From the NCBI GenBank assembly GCA_963815765.1, contig CAWFID010000016.1, positions 5,686 through 69,685 on the forward strand: DNA of 64,000 nt, given 5' to 3'. A model generated the notes under the pieces. It did no database searches. It saw nothing but the letters and a program-made list of their open reading frames with translations, and was not told the origin of the DNA. Source of the DNA: an uncultured Bacillaceae bacterium. GTDB taxonomy: Bacteria > Bacillota > Bacilli > Bacillales > Cytobacillaceae. A program made the translations under genes and the position numbers. This document shows positions 50,880 through 62,501 of the stretch, piece by piece. Within the stretch, counting starts at the first letter, position 1, and each line of letters begins with the position of its first letter.

Positions 50880-52055
50880 TGATGTTTGCTGCTGTACGGA
50901 TGTTTTCTTTGTCCAAACAAAAGTGAGAATGAAGCATCCGATTAGTATAAGGGCTCCAACTGTGAAAGGGATATTCATATGCCAATCAAAAAGCGTCCCT
51001 GCCAATGCAGGTCCAAACATACTGCCTAAACTCATGTAGGAATTGTTCATTCCGGCAGCATAGCCTTGTTCATGACCCGCTAATTTCGATATTAAGGTAT
51101 TCACAGCAGGTCGGATTAATGTAGTGGCCGTTGAGAATAGGGTAGCGACCAATAAGATGATATAGAAGCCACTGATAAAAAGCATGCCGTATAGACTAAA
51201 GGCTGCGACCAGTAATCCAAATAGGATGATTTTCATTTCACCGAACACTTTAAAAAGCTTATTCAGAGCAAAGGCTTGAATAATGACTCCGACAAAGCCG
51301 CCACTCGTCATCACGATGGCGATATCGCTTGGCGTGTAATTAAATTTATAAGTTAAAAACATCGTTAACGTAGCCTGAAAATTGGAAATCCCAAAAGAGA
51401 AAACAAAGACAACGATTAATAAGACAAAATAGTTGGTTTTAAAGGAACGGATCATCTGCTGGATGATATTTTCTCCCTTCTTTTGATCCTTTATTTCGAC
51501 TTTAATGGAGGGAAGAACCATGAAGGATAAAACCCCGGCAAGAATGGTAGCAGAACCACCAAAATAGAAGGGAAAATGCAAGCTGATATTTGATAGAAGA
51601 CCACCAATCCCAGGTCCAATCATAAAGCCGAGTGAAATGGCAGCACCAAGCAAGCCCATAGCCTTTCCTCGTTCTTTTTTAGTTGTCAGATCTGCCGCGT
51701 AAGCCATAACGGGAGGAACAATAAAGGCTGAACCAAGACCTGTAAAGAATCGACAAACAAATAACATCCAGAGTTCTGTTGATAATCCCATAAAGATTTG
51801 GGAAAGACCGTTCACAACGAGACCAAATATGATTAGTTTTTTTCGCCCATAACGATCCGATAAATTTCCAGCAATGGGAGAAAACACAAACTGTGCAAAG
51901 GACATAAGGGCAATAATAAAGCCCAACACCTGTCCGGCTGCCCCGAAGGTTTTTAAGTAGGCTGGCATGATGGGGACGATGAGACCGATCGCGCTAAACG
52001 TAATAAACATATTAAACATTAAAAGAAACAAGGCGAAATTTTTCGAGAACCTCAT
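50877..52055 (-). CDS. DHA1 MFS multidrug efflux pump (NorA/Bmr/Blt-like)
   Basis: GNLSDRYGRKK, ERGKAMG..GFMIGPGIGG and QGYAAGMNN motifs. Confidence 0.9.
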   Translation of the reverse strand: MRFSKNFALFLLMFNMFITFSAIGLIVPIMPAYLKTFGAAGQVLGFIIALMSFAQFVFSPIAGNLSDRYGRKKLIIFGLVVNGLSQIFMGLSTELWMLFVCRFFTGLGSAFIVPPVMAYAADLTTKKERGKAMGLLGAAISLGFMIGPGIGGLLSNISLHFPFYFGGSATILAGVLSFMVLPSIKVEIKDQKKGENIIQQMIRSFKTNYFVLLIVVFVFSFGISNFQATLTMFLTYKFNYTPSDIAIVMTSGGFVGVIIQAFALNKLFKVFGEMKIILFGLLVAAFSLYGMLFISGFYIILLVATLFSTATTLIRPAVNTLISKLAGHEQGYAAGMNNSYMSLGSMFGPALAGTLFDWHMNIPFTVGALILIGCFILTFVWTKKTSVQQQTS

Positions 52056-52144
52056 AGTAATCTCTCTTTTCTATAATTTGGTATTCCTAAATGAAGAATA
52101 TTATATCGTGATTAAACTTATTAAACAAGAATGTTCATTCATTT

Positions 52145-52220
52145 GGAAACGGAGGGACGGTTCTTCTGTATCTTTTTAGTATTTTAATTGGAAACAAGAG
52201 AAACGATCCTTTGTTTTCCA
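52145..52220. repeat. REP-like degenerate long copy
   Basis: GGAAACGGAGGGACGGTTCTTCTGTATCTTTTTAGTATTTTAATTGGAAACAAGAGAAACGATCC. Confidence 0.7.
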
Positions 52221-52406
52221 TTTCGTTTTTTATTTAGGATGAAAGTAAAGTTAAATGGAAATAATAGACCATATGACAACGAGAGGAAGTTCTGTATCGA
52301 TAATAAAAAGGGTTTTTAATTAGATATCAAGGAATGAATTCATCATCATACCTATACCATTTATTCATCTCTAGATGGATCATTTACTCGAAATGAGGAG
52401 ACCTAT

Positions 52407-52688
52407 ATGATTTGGTTACTGATTCCTATTTTCATTTGGACTATTGCATTGATCATAATGGGGTTACCCCAGCTTTTTTACCAAATAGTACAAAAAATAA
52501 AAGCGAATCTCAGAAAAGAGGCTAAAATAGCCAAGCCTACAAATCCCGATGAGAGTATGTATAAAATGATAGAAGAGGACATATTAGATATGATCCATAT
52601 ACGAGGTCTGCATTTAATGGGCTCTATAGTCGGGTTAATATTAATCGCACTTGGTACGGTCGCATTATGCTTAGTTCTATTACGATAA
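52407..52688 (+). CDS. hypothetical 2-TM membrane protein
   Basis: GAGGAG RBS and hydrophobic termini. A degenerate REP half (GAAACGGAGAAGCGGTTCTTC) starts right after the stop. Confidence 0.6.
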   Translation: MIWLLIPIFIWTIALIIMGLPQLFYQIVQKIKANLRKEAKIAKPTNPDESMYKMIEEDILDMIHIRGLHLMGSIVGLILIALGTVALCLVLLR

Positions 52689-52843
52689 GAAACGGAGAAG
52701 CGGTTCTTCTTTTTTTAATTCATACTTGACTAATGGGAATTATGAGTTTAATATAGATATTAAGATAATAATGATTAAAAGATGTTTTTAACAAAATGAA
52801 TAAAGTCTTTTAGATAACGAATCTTATTAAAGGAGTGATTTGT

Positions 52844-53026
52844 GTGAGAAATACAGTGAAACAAAGACGTGAAAAGGCCATCAATAAACTCATTGCTTTT
52901 AACATATTTAAAATAGAGGATAAACAACTCTTTGAATTAACACTATCAGAATTAGAATATATGTATAAAAGAGTGAAATCAAACGATCACCCCCATAGTG
53001 AATTTGGATCCATTCAATGGACATAA
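52844..53026 (+). CDS. fbpA: Fur-regulated basic protein FbpA family
   Basis: KLIAFNIFKIEDKQLFELTLSELE motif; AAGGAG RBS with GTG start. Confidence 0.75.
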   Translation: MRNTVKQRREKAINKLIAFNIFKIEDKQLFELTLSELEYMYKRVKSNDHPHSEFGSIQWT

Positions 53027-53055
53027 TCCTAAAGTATGGGAAATATGATACCTAA

Positions 53056-53096
53056 AAAGGCACAACAAGTATGCAGTTACTCGTTGTGCCTTTTTG
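53056..53096. terminator. bidirectional intrinsic terminator
   Basis: AAAAAGGCACAAC...GTTGTGCCTTTTT. Confidence 0.75.
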
Positions 53097-53104
53097 CATC
53101 TTTA

Positions 53105-56100
53105 TTAATCCCAATCTTTGAACCTCTTAATCCATTGATCTTTTTTCGTTTGTAGGAAGGATTTTTTATCACTGTCTTTTTTCTGTTTTTGCAGTTCATA
53201 AGTACTGGCAAAGCCAATTAGGGTTAGCCCGGCGATTACGAGGTAGCCCCACCATGGGAAGTTTCCCCAATAGGGTTTTGTTTGCAGTAAGACATTCAAT
53301 AATAAAACACATATTCCGACAAAGAAATAAGCTTTGATCCGATAGTGCATGCCGCTTAGAATGGAGGCTAAGGATAAAACGCCTACAATCATGGCATCAT
53401 AAATCGTATCGCTATTCAAAGCATCTGTTACTAAGACAGCAGTGACAATCAACAACACGATTAATTGAATTCGATTCATTACCTCTTTATAAGCTTTCCA
53501 TGTATGTGTACTTAAAAGGATCGTTAAGACAATAAATGGCAAAACAATGATCTCTGTTTTTATATAACGATTCCATTCAAATTCCGCTATTGTCACGTAG
53601 TACGGTAATAATATCGATAGTGCCGTAATGGTTTTGACAATCATTTTTTCCAAAATCGAAATAAACCGGTTGATTAACCTATATAGGTAGTAAACAACTA
53701 ATAATGAAGGAATTAGTTTAAGCCATAATGGATCAGAGCTAGAAATAATGTCAAACAAGATAAAGATATAAAAACAGGAAGTGATGGTATACCAATCAAT
53801 ACTTATCGTCTTTGTTTCACTAGAAAAAAGTGGTTTATAGGTTCGATTTCCGAATATATGCAGAACGAAAAATACGATTAAAAGGAATCCAATCTGTACG
53901 AACTTTTCCATATAAGCTAAGTTTTCTAAAAAGAAAATAAGTGATAAACCTAATGGGATGATGGTATACAATGTCCAATCTCGTCTGTGTAATAGAAATA
54001 AGATAAAGAGGGTATATACAATAAATAGGACGATATGGATGATGTTTAGATCATTCACTAGGAAAATAAAAACGATGAGCCCTAACAACGATTGCGGTAT
54101 CGAGTACAGATCGATTCTCTTTTTCCACGTTTCATTTACAAATAACCATACAATCGCAATCATAGTCGTGACCATGAAGAAATAAATACTCTCCGGTTAA
54201 AACGCTTTCCAAGTGGTAATAGCGGATGCTTAAATAAACGATAAATGGAAGTGTTGTAAAAGCTGCATATAAAAATAATTTCATTTCCCATTCTTTTGTT
54301 CGTTTTACCGTGCTATACGTATAGGCCATTAATGCAAATAGTAGAATCATAGGTTGTACATTTGAAATGAACATATAAATGGTGGATACAAAGAACACGG
54401 GTACCAGAAATGCATGTGCACTCCAGAAAAAGTAAGGTTTTAACTCCTGCACTTTTCTGCCTATAAATTCATACACACCTAATAAAATAAGGGGAATGAA
54501 CAAATAGTACATCATAGCCAAAGTCATATGGTTTTCCAGCTTAAAGACTTGAGCCAAAGATGATAAAAAGGCAATGGAGGTGACGCTCACTAAAATCCAA
54601 AGATATGGGAGTTTCATTTTATAAACAAGTAATACATAGAGATATATTCCCACGAGAAGAATCAAGGATACCATCATGGGGTGATCATACCAGTCCAAAG
54701 GAGCAGACAACATACTGAGTGTATAAACAGAAAGCGCTGTTATAAAAGTGCTGTAATCTAAAGGCCGTTGCTTTTCTTGATTTCCAATAGTAACTAAAAC
54801 CTAGCAATAATAATCCGCCAAAGGCTAAATGACCCATAATTTCCACCTGATAACGGTAAACAGTAAAGTGCTCGGCGAGATAATCGAAGACACTCATCCA
54901 CGATAATCCCCAGCTAATCGGATTTGCCCATGTGGCTAGCTTCTTAAGGGTTTCGTTTTGTGTATGCCTATAAGTAATCAGGGCAATCAAACCAAAGGCT
55001 AAAAAGAGGATAGAGGCATGTGTGAATTCCTCGTTATGCAACAGCCATCAGAATGGTCAGTAACATCGTGCCAATCGAGACGATCAAACTGCTTTTGATT
55101 ATAGGTCTAGTATATAGGAAATGATTTTTCAAATAAAAGATCACATACATACACGTTGCCATCATAAATAGATATAAATCTAAATAGGTTTCATCGTATC
55201 CTTTAAATAGGATGTAATAGCTTTGCAGCCCGGCAACCATAAGGAAGATCGGTGCTAAATATCGGAAAATAGGTCGTTTCACGATATAAGCCAAGTACAT
55301 ATAATTGACCGCGATGATCACATAAGCGAGACATAAAACAACCGAATCTTCATCCGAACGTAATAACAGTCCTTGAACACTGATAAAGATGAAGGCACAG
55401 AATGAGACGATGGCGCTTGTGAGTTGGAATACCTTTTGGATAGAAGCTTTTTGATTCGCAACCTGTTGAAAAAGGATATAAAGAATACCGATTGCAGCAA
55501 ACCCTATATAATTGATCGACTGCAAGAACGAATTCTCGATGAATTGATACATCCCATAAACAAGAAGCAAGGTAAAAATATAATGATAATGCTTGGTTTG
55601 ATTGACAAATACCATCGAAATATAGAGAGCTGCTGTTAGGAGTATATTAAAGCTGTAAAAGAGAGCATTTTCAAAGAAAAATAACATCAGCAAAGTACTG
55701 ACAATTAGATTTAATTGCGCATAAACCGGTAGTTCTACGGTAAATAAAGCAAACTTCTCGATCTTTTTCAACTTATGATAAGCGAATAATAGAAGGCCAT
55801 TGTAGATCATGATTCCTAGATAAAAAAAGTCTTTTGGTAAGTAAGTCATTCCTAATAAAAAACCGACACTCATGGTAGAGGAAAGATAGGTAAACCAAAC
55901 AAATAATCGATGATGATATTTCGCTGCCAAATAGATATATAATGGAAGGCAAATCAAACTTCCGATAAAACCGAATACATACTTTCCTTCCCCATAAAAC
56001 GAAAGCCAAGTACCCAACAACTCAAAAAAGCCAATTGAAATAATGGATACAGGAAGAAACAAACTACCCAAAGTCATAAAAGCAAAGGCCGTCTTTTTAA

Positions 56101-56519
56101 TATTCAGATACTTGTCGGCAATATAACTACTTGCAAAAAACACAATGGAAACCAATGAAACGAATAGTACTTTAATCAGGTTGTTCATCGAGCTCCAGTT
56201 GCTTGTAGCAAATACTAACCCTCCAATAAAGAGTAAAATAACGCCGAGAATGAGTGCCCAAGAAATATTTCTTTCTCTTATCTGTTCAGGAGTTTGAACG
56301 ATTTTTCGTTTTGATGGGTTTCGGATTTTTCTTAATGGGCTTTTGTTGTTGAAGGTCTGAATCGCTTTGAATTTCTAATGTATCCTCATCATCTAAATAA
56401 AGCTGATAAGCGTAGCGAATTCTTTGATAGTCCAGTTCATCGATATACTGTTTTTCTTTTAAATGACGCAATTCCTCCCTAAAAATCTGCCTTCGTAAAT
56501 GGGAATCCTTTTTATTCAT
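53105..56519 (-). pseudogene. very large polytopic membrane protein (about 1100 aa, DUF2157-like N-terminus) split into 5 ORFs
   Basis: Consecutive hydrophobic ORFs in shifting frames. The bridging segment ERNISWALILGVILLFIGGLVFATSNWSS lies between the ORF-track pieces; C-terminal PWWGYLVIAGLTLIG. Confidence 0.7.
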
Positions 56520-56568
56520 AAAAATCCCTCCCTTCAAAATATTCCTTCTATTATTATAGCATTTTATT

Positions 56569-56615
56569 GGAAACGTGGAGATGGTTCTTCTGTTTTCGAA
56601 CCGTCCCTTCGTTTT
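56569..56615. repeat. REP-like short degenerate copy
   Basis: GGAAACGTGGAGATGGTTCTTCTGTTTTCGAACCGTCCCTTCGTTT. Confidence 0.7.
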
Positions 56616-57559
56616 AAAAGAGTCTCACAGTAATCGGATACAGATAGGGTTCATTCGGTTCACCAATGATCTTCCAGTCAGATAATTTTAATAATGGGAA
56701 GCTCGATTCCATTTGATGTTGTGATATCTAGGACCCCATTTACTTCAATCCATGAATCCTCTTGTAGAGAAGCAGCTTCGGGTAATTGTGATAGAAATCC
56801 TATGATACTTGCATCTGCCACACAGTGGGTAATCAAAAATCTTGAAATGACGAGCTGATCCTGTTCTAATCCGTCCTCCTTATACACAAATCCTTTTAAT
56901 TGAATTTTTCTTCCTTTAAATTTTTTAATATCCATATTAATTTCATCGTAAAAAGCAGCAAACACAGAGTCGTTCATCATGATAGAAGGGCTTTGTATTA
57001 GTTTTTGTTTTAACTTTTCATATTCTTCATTTGACATTTCCAACTGATTTTCTAGAGCTAGTGAGTCACCGTGTATCACATCTGTGGTGCCTTCTTCAAG
57101 CTCATTTATGTTATTCGCTTCTATTGGTTTTTCTTCTATTTTGTCTGCTACCGATGTTTGTTTCTGACTGGACAGGATCATCATAGCCCCTTTTTTATCA
57201 GCAATAGAGGCATCGAGGACCTTAGGCGGGAGGAGAAAGCCAGTGATCAAAGGAACAGCAATGATCAAGTATGAAATTAGTTTTTTCATATGAAAAGGAG
57301 AATCTCCATGATCATGATGATGGCTACAGTCATGGTCATCGTGATCACAATAGGGATGACTATGTTCATCTAAAGTCCAAATCCTTGTTATTTGGATAAA
57401 AAACAAAATTAAAAATAGAATAGAAGCGATCTGACTTAAAGCTTCATACTTTGGATTAATAAACTTTGTTATTTCGCCAGTAAAGTGTAGCTTGAAAATC
57501 AGGGCAGAAAAAACGAGCAAAATCAATGCTCTAATTGCTTGCTGGAAATGGAATCTCAC
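56614..57559 (-). CDS. ycgQ: TIGR03943/YcgQ family putative permease subunit (frameshift at about 56680)
   Basis: FINPKY, a His-rich loop and RFLITHCVADA. The shifted frame gives the C-terminus DWKIIGEPNEPYLYP. Confidence 0.8.
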
Positions 57560-57571
57560 TTTTTTTCCTCC

Positions 57572-58571
57572 CTATATAAAGTTTTGTGCTAGCATTAAGA
57601 TGATAAACACCACGGAAACGACCAATGTCAGCATACTCATAACAAACCTAAAACGAAATACGCTAAGCATCATAAGGGTATTCTTTAAATCGATCATGGG
57701 TCCGAAAATTAAGAAACCAAGGATGGATGAAGTTGGAAATATACTACTGAATGAAGCGCCAATAAAAGCGTCAGCTTCAGAGCATAGTGACAAAACGTAA
57801 GCTAAGCCCATCATCACAAATAAGGAGGAGACTGGACCATTTCCAGTTTCTAATAGAGTTTTTGCAGGTATATAGGTTTGTACAAAAGCAGCTAAAAAAG
57901 CACCCATAATTAAATATTTTCCCATATCAAAAAACTCATCAATGGAATGTGTTAACATGTCCCAAAATCGATTCGTAAAAGATTCTTTTTTTACATGTTT
58001 GTGAGTGTGCTCATGATTGATTGCCGTTTTTAATTGATTACCTTTAAATAGTTGGCTTACAGCAAAAGCCACGATGATTGCCACAAGAAAACCTAAACCC
58101 ATTCGCAATCCTGCCATTTTAAAATCACTGCCAAATGCCATGTAAGTGGAGGCAATGACAATAGGGTTGATGAGAGGTCCTGTCAACATAAAGCCCATGG
58201 CAGCGTGAATAGGTACTCCTTTTGAAATAAGTCTGCGGACAATTGGGACAATTCCACATTCACAGGCTGGGAAAAGTGCTCCTACTACACAACTCATGAT
58301 TACGGCCATATACTTTATTTTTAGGAAGCCATCTTTGGATATGTTCTTCGGTCACAAAGATTTGGATGACTCCTGCGATGAGAACACCTATTAATACAAA
58401 AGGTAGGGCCTCTATTAATATACTTAAAAAAATGGTATTTAGATTTAATAAAGACGGGGGAAAATCGAATGAAACCTTAATGCTAGAGCTGAATGAAACG
58501 AGTAAAAGAGCCAAAGCGATTATGAATATACCAGTGAAATCAATGATATTTGCGCGAAAAATACGATTCAT
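57572..58571 (-). CDS. ycgR: YcgR/DUF318 permease (frameshift at about 58300)
   Basis: FLSILIEALPFVLIG, FPACECGIVP, LSLCSEADAF and GPMIDLK motifs. Confidence 0.82.
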
Positions 58572-58673
58572 GTTTACCTCCAATAGATTATGTTATTTTT
58601 CCAATTAAATATATAGTCATTTTGATAGAGTATGATAAAAGATTTATCAGGGAACTTTGGATCATTCAGAAAT

Positions 58674-58694
58674 AAATCGGAATTATTTCGTTTT
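58674..58694. promoter_or_regulatory. Zur box (ycgRQ side)
   Basis: AAATCGGAATTATTTCGTTTT, compared with AAATCGTAATnATTACGATTT. Confidence 0.65.
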
Positions 58695-58903
58695 ATATAT
58701 AAATATTATGTTTATGGAAATTAAATTATGTACTCTTTTAACAAAGATTAACTGCCAAGAAGAGCTAATTTTGCCTAAGTCGTAGCCTATAACGAGTGAG
58801 AGTCTCTGTCGAGAAAAAGTTAACAGATAGGCAAAAATATCTTACTCAACATGCCTTCCAACATGCTTATCCACAAAGAAATTTGAATTTATGAAAAGAA
58901 TAC

Positions 58904-58933
58904 TTGCAAATCGTAATTATTTCGTTTTATAAT
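58904..58933 (+). promoter_or_regulatory. sigma-A promoter overlapped by a Zur box (58908-58928)
   Basis: TTGCAA-18 nt-TATAAT enclosing AAATCGTAATTATTTCGTTTT. Confidence 0.8.
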
Positions 58934-58985
58934 CATTAATGATTTACCAATAATACGAAAAAGGATGGATATTTTTTTGTGATAC

Positions 58986-59006
58986 AAATCGTAATTATTA
59001 CGTTTT
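58986..59006. promoter_or_regulatory. Zur box
   Basis: AAATCGTAATTATTACGTTTT. Confidence 0.88.
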
Positions 59007-59047
59007 GTATTCCATTAAAGAAATTTTCATTAAAAGGGGTGAAATCG

Positions 59048-60233
59048 TTGAGTAATAAAAAGATTCCAGTCACGGTACTGAGCGGTTATCTCGGTTCGGG
59101 TAAGACTACTTTGCTAAATCACATTTTAGCTAACCGGGATAATTTGAAAGTAGCCGTTATCGTCAATGATATGAGTGAAGTAAACATTGATGCTTCCTTG
59201 GTGAAACAAGGCGGATTCTCTAAAACGGACGAGAAATTGGTGGAAATGCAGAATGGCTGTATTTGCTGCACGCTTCGAGAAGATTTACTGATTGAAGTGG
59301 AGAAGCTGGCACAGCTTAGGCGACATCGATTATATCGTCATCGAATCAAGTGGGATTAGTGAACCGATACCAGTAGCCCAAACATTTACCTATGTTGATG
59401 AAGACTTGGGGATTGATTTGTCTAAATTCTGCAAACTGGATACAATGGTGACGGTTTTGGACGCTAATCGTTTTTGGCACGATTATGCCTCTGGAGAAAG
59501 TTTACTTGATCGTAAGCAGGCAGTTGATGAAACGGATGCAAGGGATGTAGCCGATTTATTAATGGATCAAATTGAATTTGCTAACGTTATTGTATTGAAC
59601 AAAGTAGATTTAGTTTCTCAGGCAGATGTTCAGGAATTAAAAGCCGTTTTGCAGAAATTCAATCCTGGCGCCCGGATTATCGAGAGTGAATATTCACGAG
59701 TACCTCTTAATCAAGTATTAAACACAGGGATGTTTGATTTTGAAACTTCTAGTCAGGGAGCAGGGTGGCTGAAAGAATTAAACGAAGAGCATGTTCCGGA
59801 AACAGAGGAGTATGGCATTTCTTCATTCGTCTATCGGCGTAATAAGCCATTCCATCCCGAACGACTGATGAATTGGATTGAGGATTGGCCAGTCGAGGTG
59901 GTTCGGGCGAAGGGATTTGTTTGGTTAGCTACAAGGAATGATATATCTGGATTGCTCTCTCAAGCAGGACCGTCTTTGACGATCCAAGGAGCGGGAAAGT
60001 GGATAGCCACTTATCCAGAAGCAGAACGAAAACAAATATTGCATGAAGAGCCTGAGCTTTTAAATCGCTGGGACGATACATACGGTGACCGTATGACAGA
60101 AGTTGTCATGATCGGGATAGATATGGATCAACAACAAATTGAGCATGCGTTGGATGCTTGTTTACTTACAAAAGAAGAAATGGTTCAGGATTGGTCCAAA
60201 TTTAAAGATCCTTTGCCTTCTTTTCATGTATAA
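59048..60233 (+). CDS. zagA: COG0523 Zn metallochaperone GTPase ZagA/YciC (frameshift at about 59320)
   Basis: [33 protein letters not shown] and CobW_C PFHPERL motifs. Confidence 0.9.
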
Positions 60234-60265
60234 AAAATCTAAAACACTAGTAGGAGGAAATAGGG

Positions 60266-60415
60266 ATGAGAGTCAAAATTACTTTAGCATGTACAGAAAC
60301 AGGAGATCGGAATTACATTACAACGAAAAATAAACGAACAAATCCAGACCGTATCGAACTGATGAAATATTGCCCGCGTTTGAAAAAACGTACTTTACAC
60401 CGAGAAACGAAATAA
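60266..60415 (+). CDS. rpmG: 50S ribosomal protein L33, Zn-independent paralog (missing from the ORF track)
   Basis: [49 protein letters not shown]; both CxxC pairs are broken; AGGAGG RBS. Confidence 0.95.
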   Translation: MRVKITLACTETGDRNYITTKNKRTNPDRIELMKYCPRLKKRTLHRETK

Positions 60416-60460
60416 GATGATGTAAGGACCTCTTTTATAGAGAGAAGAGTACTGGTTTGC

Positions 60461-60481
60461 AAAACGTAATCATTACGTTTT
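60461..60481. promoter_or_regulatory. Zur box upstream of the Zn-free S14 gene
   Basis: Perfect palindrome AAAACGTAATCATTACGTTTT. Confidence 0.9.
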
Positions 60482-60512
60482 GTGAGATGAATAAACCAAA
60501 GGAGAAAATAGA

Positions 60513-60782
60513 ATGGCAAAAAAATCAAAAGTAGTAAAAGAACAGAAACGTCAGGCAATGGTGGAGAAGTATGCGGCTATCCGTCAGGAGTTAAAAGAAA
60601 AAGGGGACTATGAAGCCCTTAGGAAACTTCCGAGAGATTCATCACCGACTCGTTTAAAAAACAGATGTTTAGTGACAGGAAGACCAAGAGGATATTTAAG
60701 AAAGTTCAAAATGTCCCGGATTGCTTTTAGGGAATACGCTCATAAAGGACAAATTCCCGGAGTGAAAAAGGCTAGCTGGTAG
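60513..60782 (+). CDS. rpsN: 30S ribosomal protein S14, Zn-independent 89-aa form
   Basis: MAKKSK...[21 protein letters not shown]...[11 protein letters not shown]. Confidence 0.95.
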   Translation: MAKKSKVVKEQKRQAMVEKYAAIRQELKEKGDYEALRKLPRDSSPTRLKNRCLVTGRPRGYLRKFKMSRIAFREYAHKGQIPGVKKASW

Positions 60783-60794
60783 AATATGTACTTG

Positions 60795-60829
60795 TTCAAC
60801 CGCCAAATAAAGGGATTTGGCGGTTGAAA
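60795..60829 (+). terminator. hairpin after rpsN
   Basis: TTCAACCGCCAAAT...ATTTGGCGGTTGAA. Confidence 0.6.
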
Positions 60830-60859
60830 CACATCATGGAAATTATGAAGGTGAGTAGC

Positions 60860-61221
60860 ATGAATCCAATTAATCCAATTTAATTGAATTTTTACATCGT
60901 AGTGCTGTTTCGAAACTATCGGATCAGAAGCGGGAAATCTATCAATTTATAGAGAGTAAGGAAAATCAATTGGAGGAAATCTCTTTTAATGAGAAGCAAT
61001 TTATTCAGCTCATGAGTGAAAGATCCCCATATAAAGCTGCAGCAGACCATTTTTCACTCGATATTTCATCCATTAAAGATGTAATGGATGAGGCACAAGC
61101 TGAAATTGATCGGATGATAAATGAAAGGTGTAATCGAATAAAATGGATTGATTGCACGGAAATGATGAGAAATAAGCAAGGAAGAAAAGATAACCAATGG
61201 TCTTTTATATTTGTTTCGTAG
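60860..61221 (+). CDS. hypothetical protein (possible HTH; 5' end disrupted)
   Basis: The frame extends upstream of 60970 (LIEFLHRSAVSKLSDQKREIYQFI). The ATG at 60860 is out of frame next to an AATCCAATT duplication. Confidence 0.55.
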
Positions 61222-61300
61222 TCCTATCCTGATTAGTCAGGAAATCATTTAATGGTAGAAAATAGATTATTACTAACAAGATTTGCAGGTGGTGTTTTTT

Positions 61301-62476
61301 ATGTATGAATGGGTAATTATTGGCGGAGGTATTCAAGGGGTGACACTGGCTGCCTTTTTGTTGAAAACTGGAAAAACAAAGACAGATGAACTTGCTGTCA
61401 TTGACCGTCATGCGGAACCATTAGCGAACTGGAAGAGAAGTACGAAAGTCATCTCGATGCCCTATTTACGTTCCCCATTTGTCCATCATATAGATGTTGA
61501 TCCATTTAGTCTCCAGTCATTTGTAAAGAAGGGCTCCTATCATAAAAGAACAGCCTTTTATGGTCGATATAAGCGTCCATCCCTGGAAGTATTTAACGAT
61601 CACTGTGAGCATCTATTAAATGATCTATCGATAAAAGAGACTTGGGTTCAAGGACATGTGCAGGGGGTATTAAAAACAAATAATGGATGGCAGGTACATT
61701 TGAAAAATGGTCGTGAAATACATGGTAAAAAGCTTGTATTGGCCATTGGGATCGGTGAACAGCTTAATATGCCGGATTGGGCACTCGATCTTGACAGCCA
61801 ATATCCAAGACGTGTTTATCATATTTTTGATGAAACGATGCCCGAATTTGATGAGATGAAGCTTCCCATTACAATCATAGGGGGAGGAATCACGTCTATT
61901 CATTTGGCACTTAAGTTGAGTGAGCTGTATCCAAAGCAAGTTACATTGTTGAAACGGCACCCTTTCAGGATCCATGATTTTGATAGCGATCCAGGCTGGT
62001 TAGGTCCAAAACGGCAGAACGCATTTCGTAATATTGAAAGTTATGTAAAAAGAAGAGAGGAAATTATCACTGCCAGACATAGGGGATCCATTCCTCATGA
62101 CTTATATATAAAGCTGTTAAACCGGCTTAAAAGTGAATCGCTAGCTGTTAAAGAAGGTAAGGTCGTTCGAGGTGAAGTTACGAATGGCAGTATTCATCTT
62201 TTCGACAAGGATGGTAAACTCATTGTGCAAACAGGTACTGTACTGCTGGCAACGGGATATTTGCCAAATCTTCCTGGAAGTGAATGGATAAAGCCGATGA
62301 TCGAGACCTTGGAATTGCCTTGTGCGGAATGCGGATATCCTATTATATCGAAAACCTTACAATGGGGTCCTGATTTATATGTCACTGGTGCATTAGCGGA
62401 GCTTGAAATGGGTCCGATTGCCCGTAATATTTCAGGGGCCAGACAAGCAGCCGAGCGGATCGTAAAGCATTTTTGA
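61301..62476 (+). CDS. FAD/NAD(P)-dependent oxidoreductase (N-hydroxylase-like flavoprotein fold)
   Basis: IIGGGIQG, MPYLRSP, a second Rossmann motif IIGGGITS, LATGY and GP.ARNISGA. Confidence 0.8.
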   Translation: MYEWVIIGGGIQGVTLAAFLLKTGKTKTDELAVIDRHAEPLANWKRSTKVISMPYLRSPFVHHIDVDPFSLQSFVKKGSYHKRTAFYGRYKRPSLEVFNDHCEHLLNDLSIKETWVQGHVQGVLKTNNGWQVHLKNGREIHGKKLVLAIGIGEQLNMPDWALDLDSQYPRRVYHIFDETMPEFDEMKLPITIIGGGITSIHLALKLSELYPKQVTLLKRHPFRIHDFDSDPGWLGPKRQNAFRNIESYVKRREEIITARHRGSIPHDLYIKLLNRLKSESLAVKEGKVVRGEVTNGSIHLFDKDGKLIVQTGTVLLATGYLPNLPGSEWIKPMIETLELPCAECGYPIISKTLQWGPDLYVTGALAELEMGPIARNISGARQAAERIVKHF

Positions 62477-62501
62477 AGAAAATGAGAGGAGAATACAAAA
62501 A

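Noticed and set aside
52720-52790. Fur box upstream of fbpA
   Set aside because: Only partial AT-rich matches to GATAATGATAATCATTATC, not distinguishable from background by eye.
58867-58875. Perfect DnaA box TTATCCACA
   Set aside because: A single box with no cluster or origin genes; expected by chance in 64 kb.
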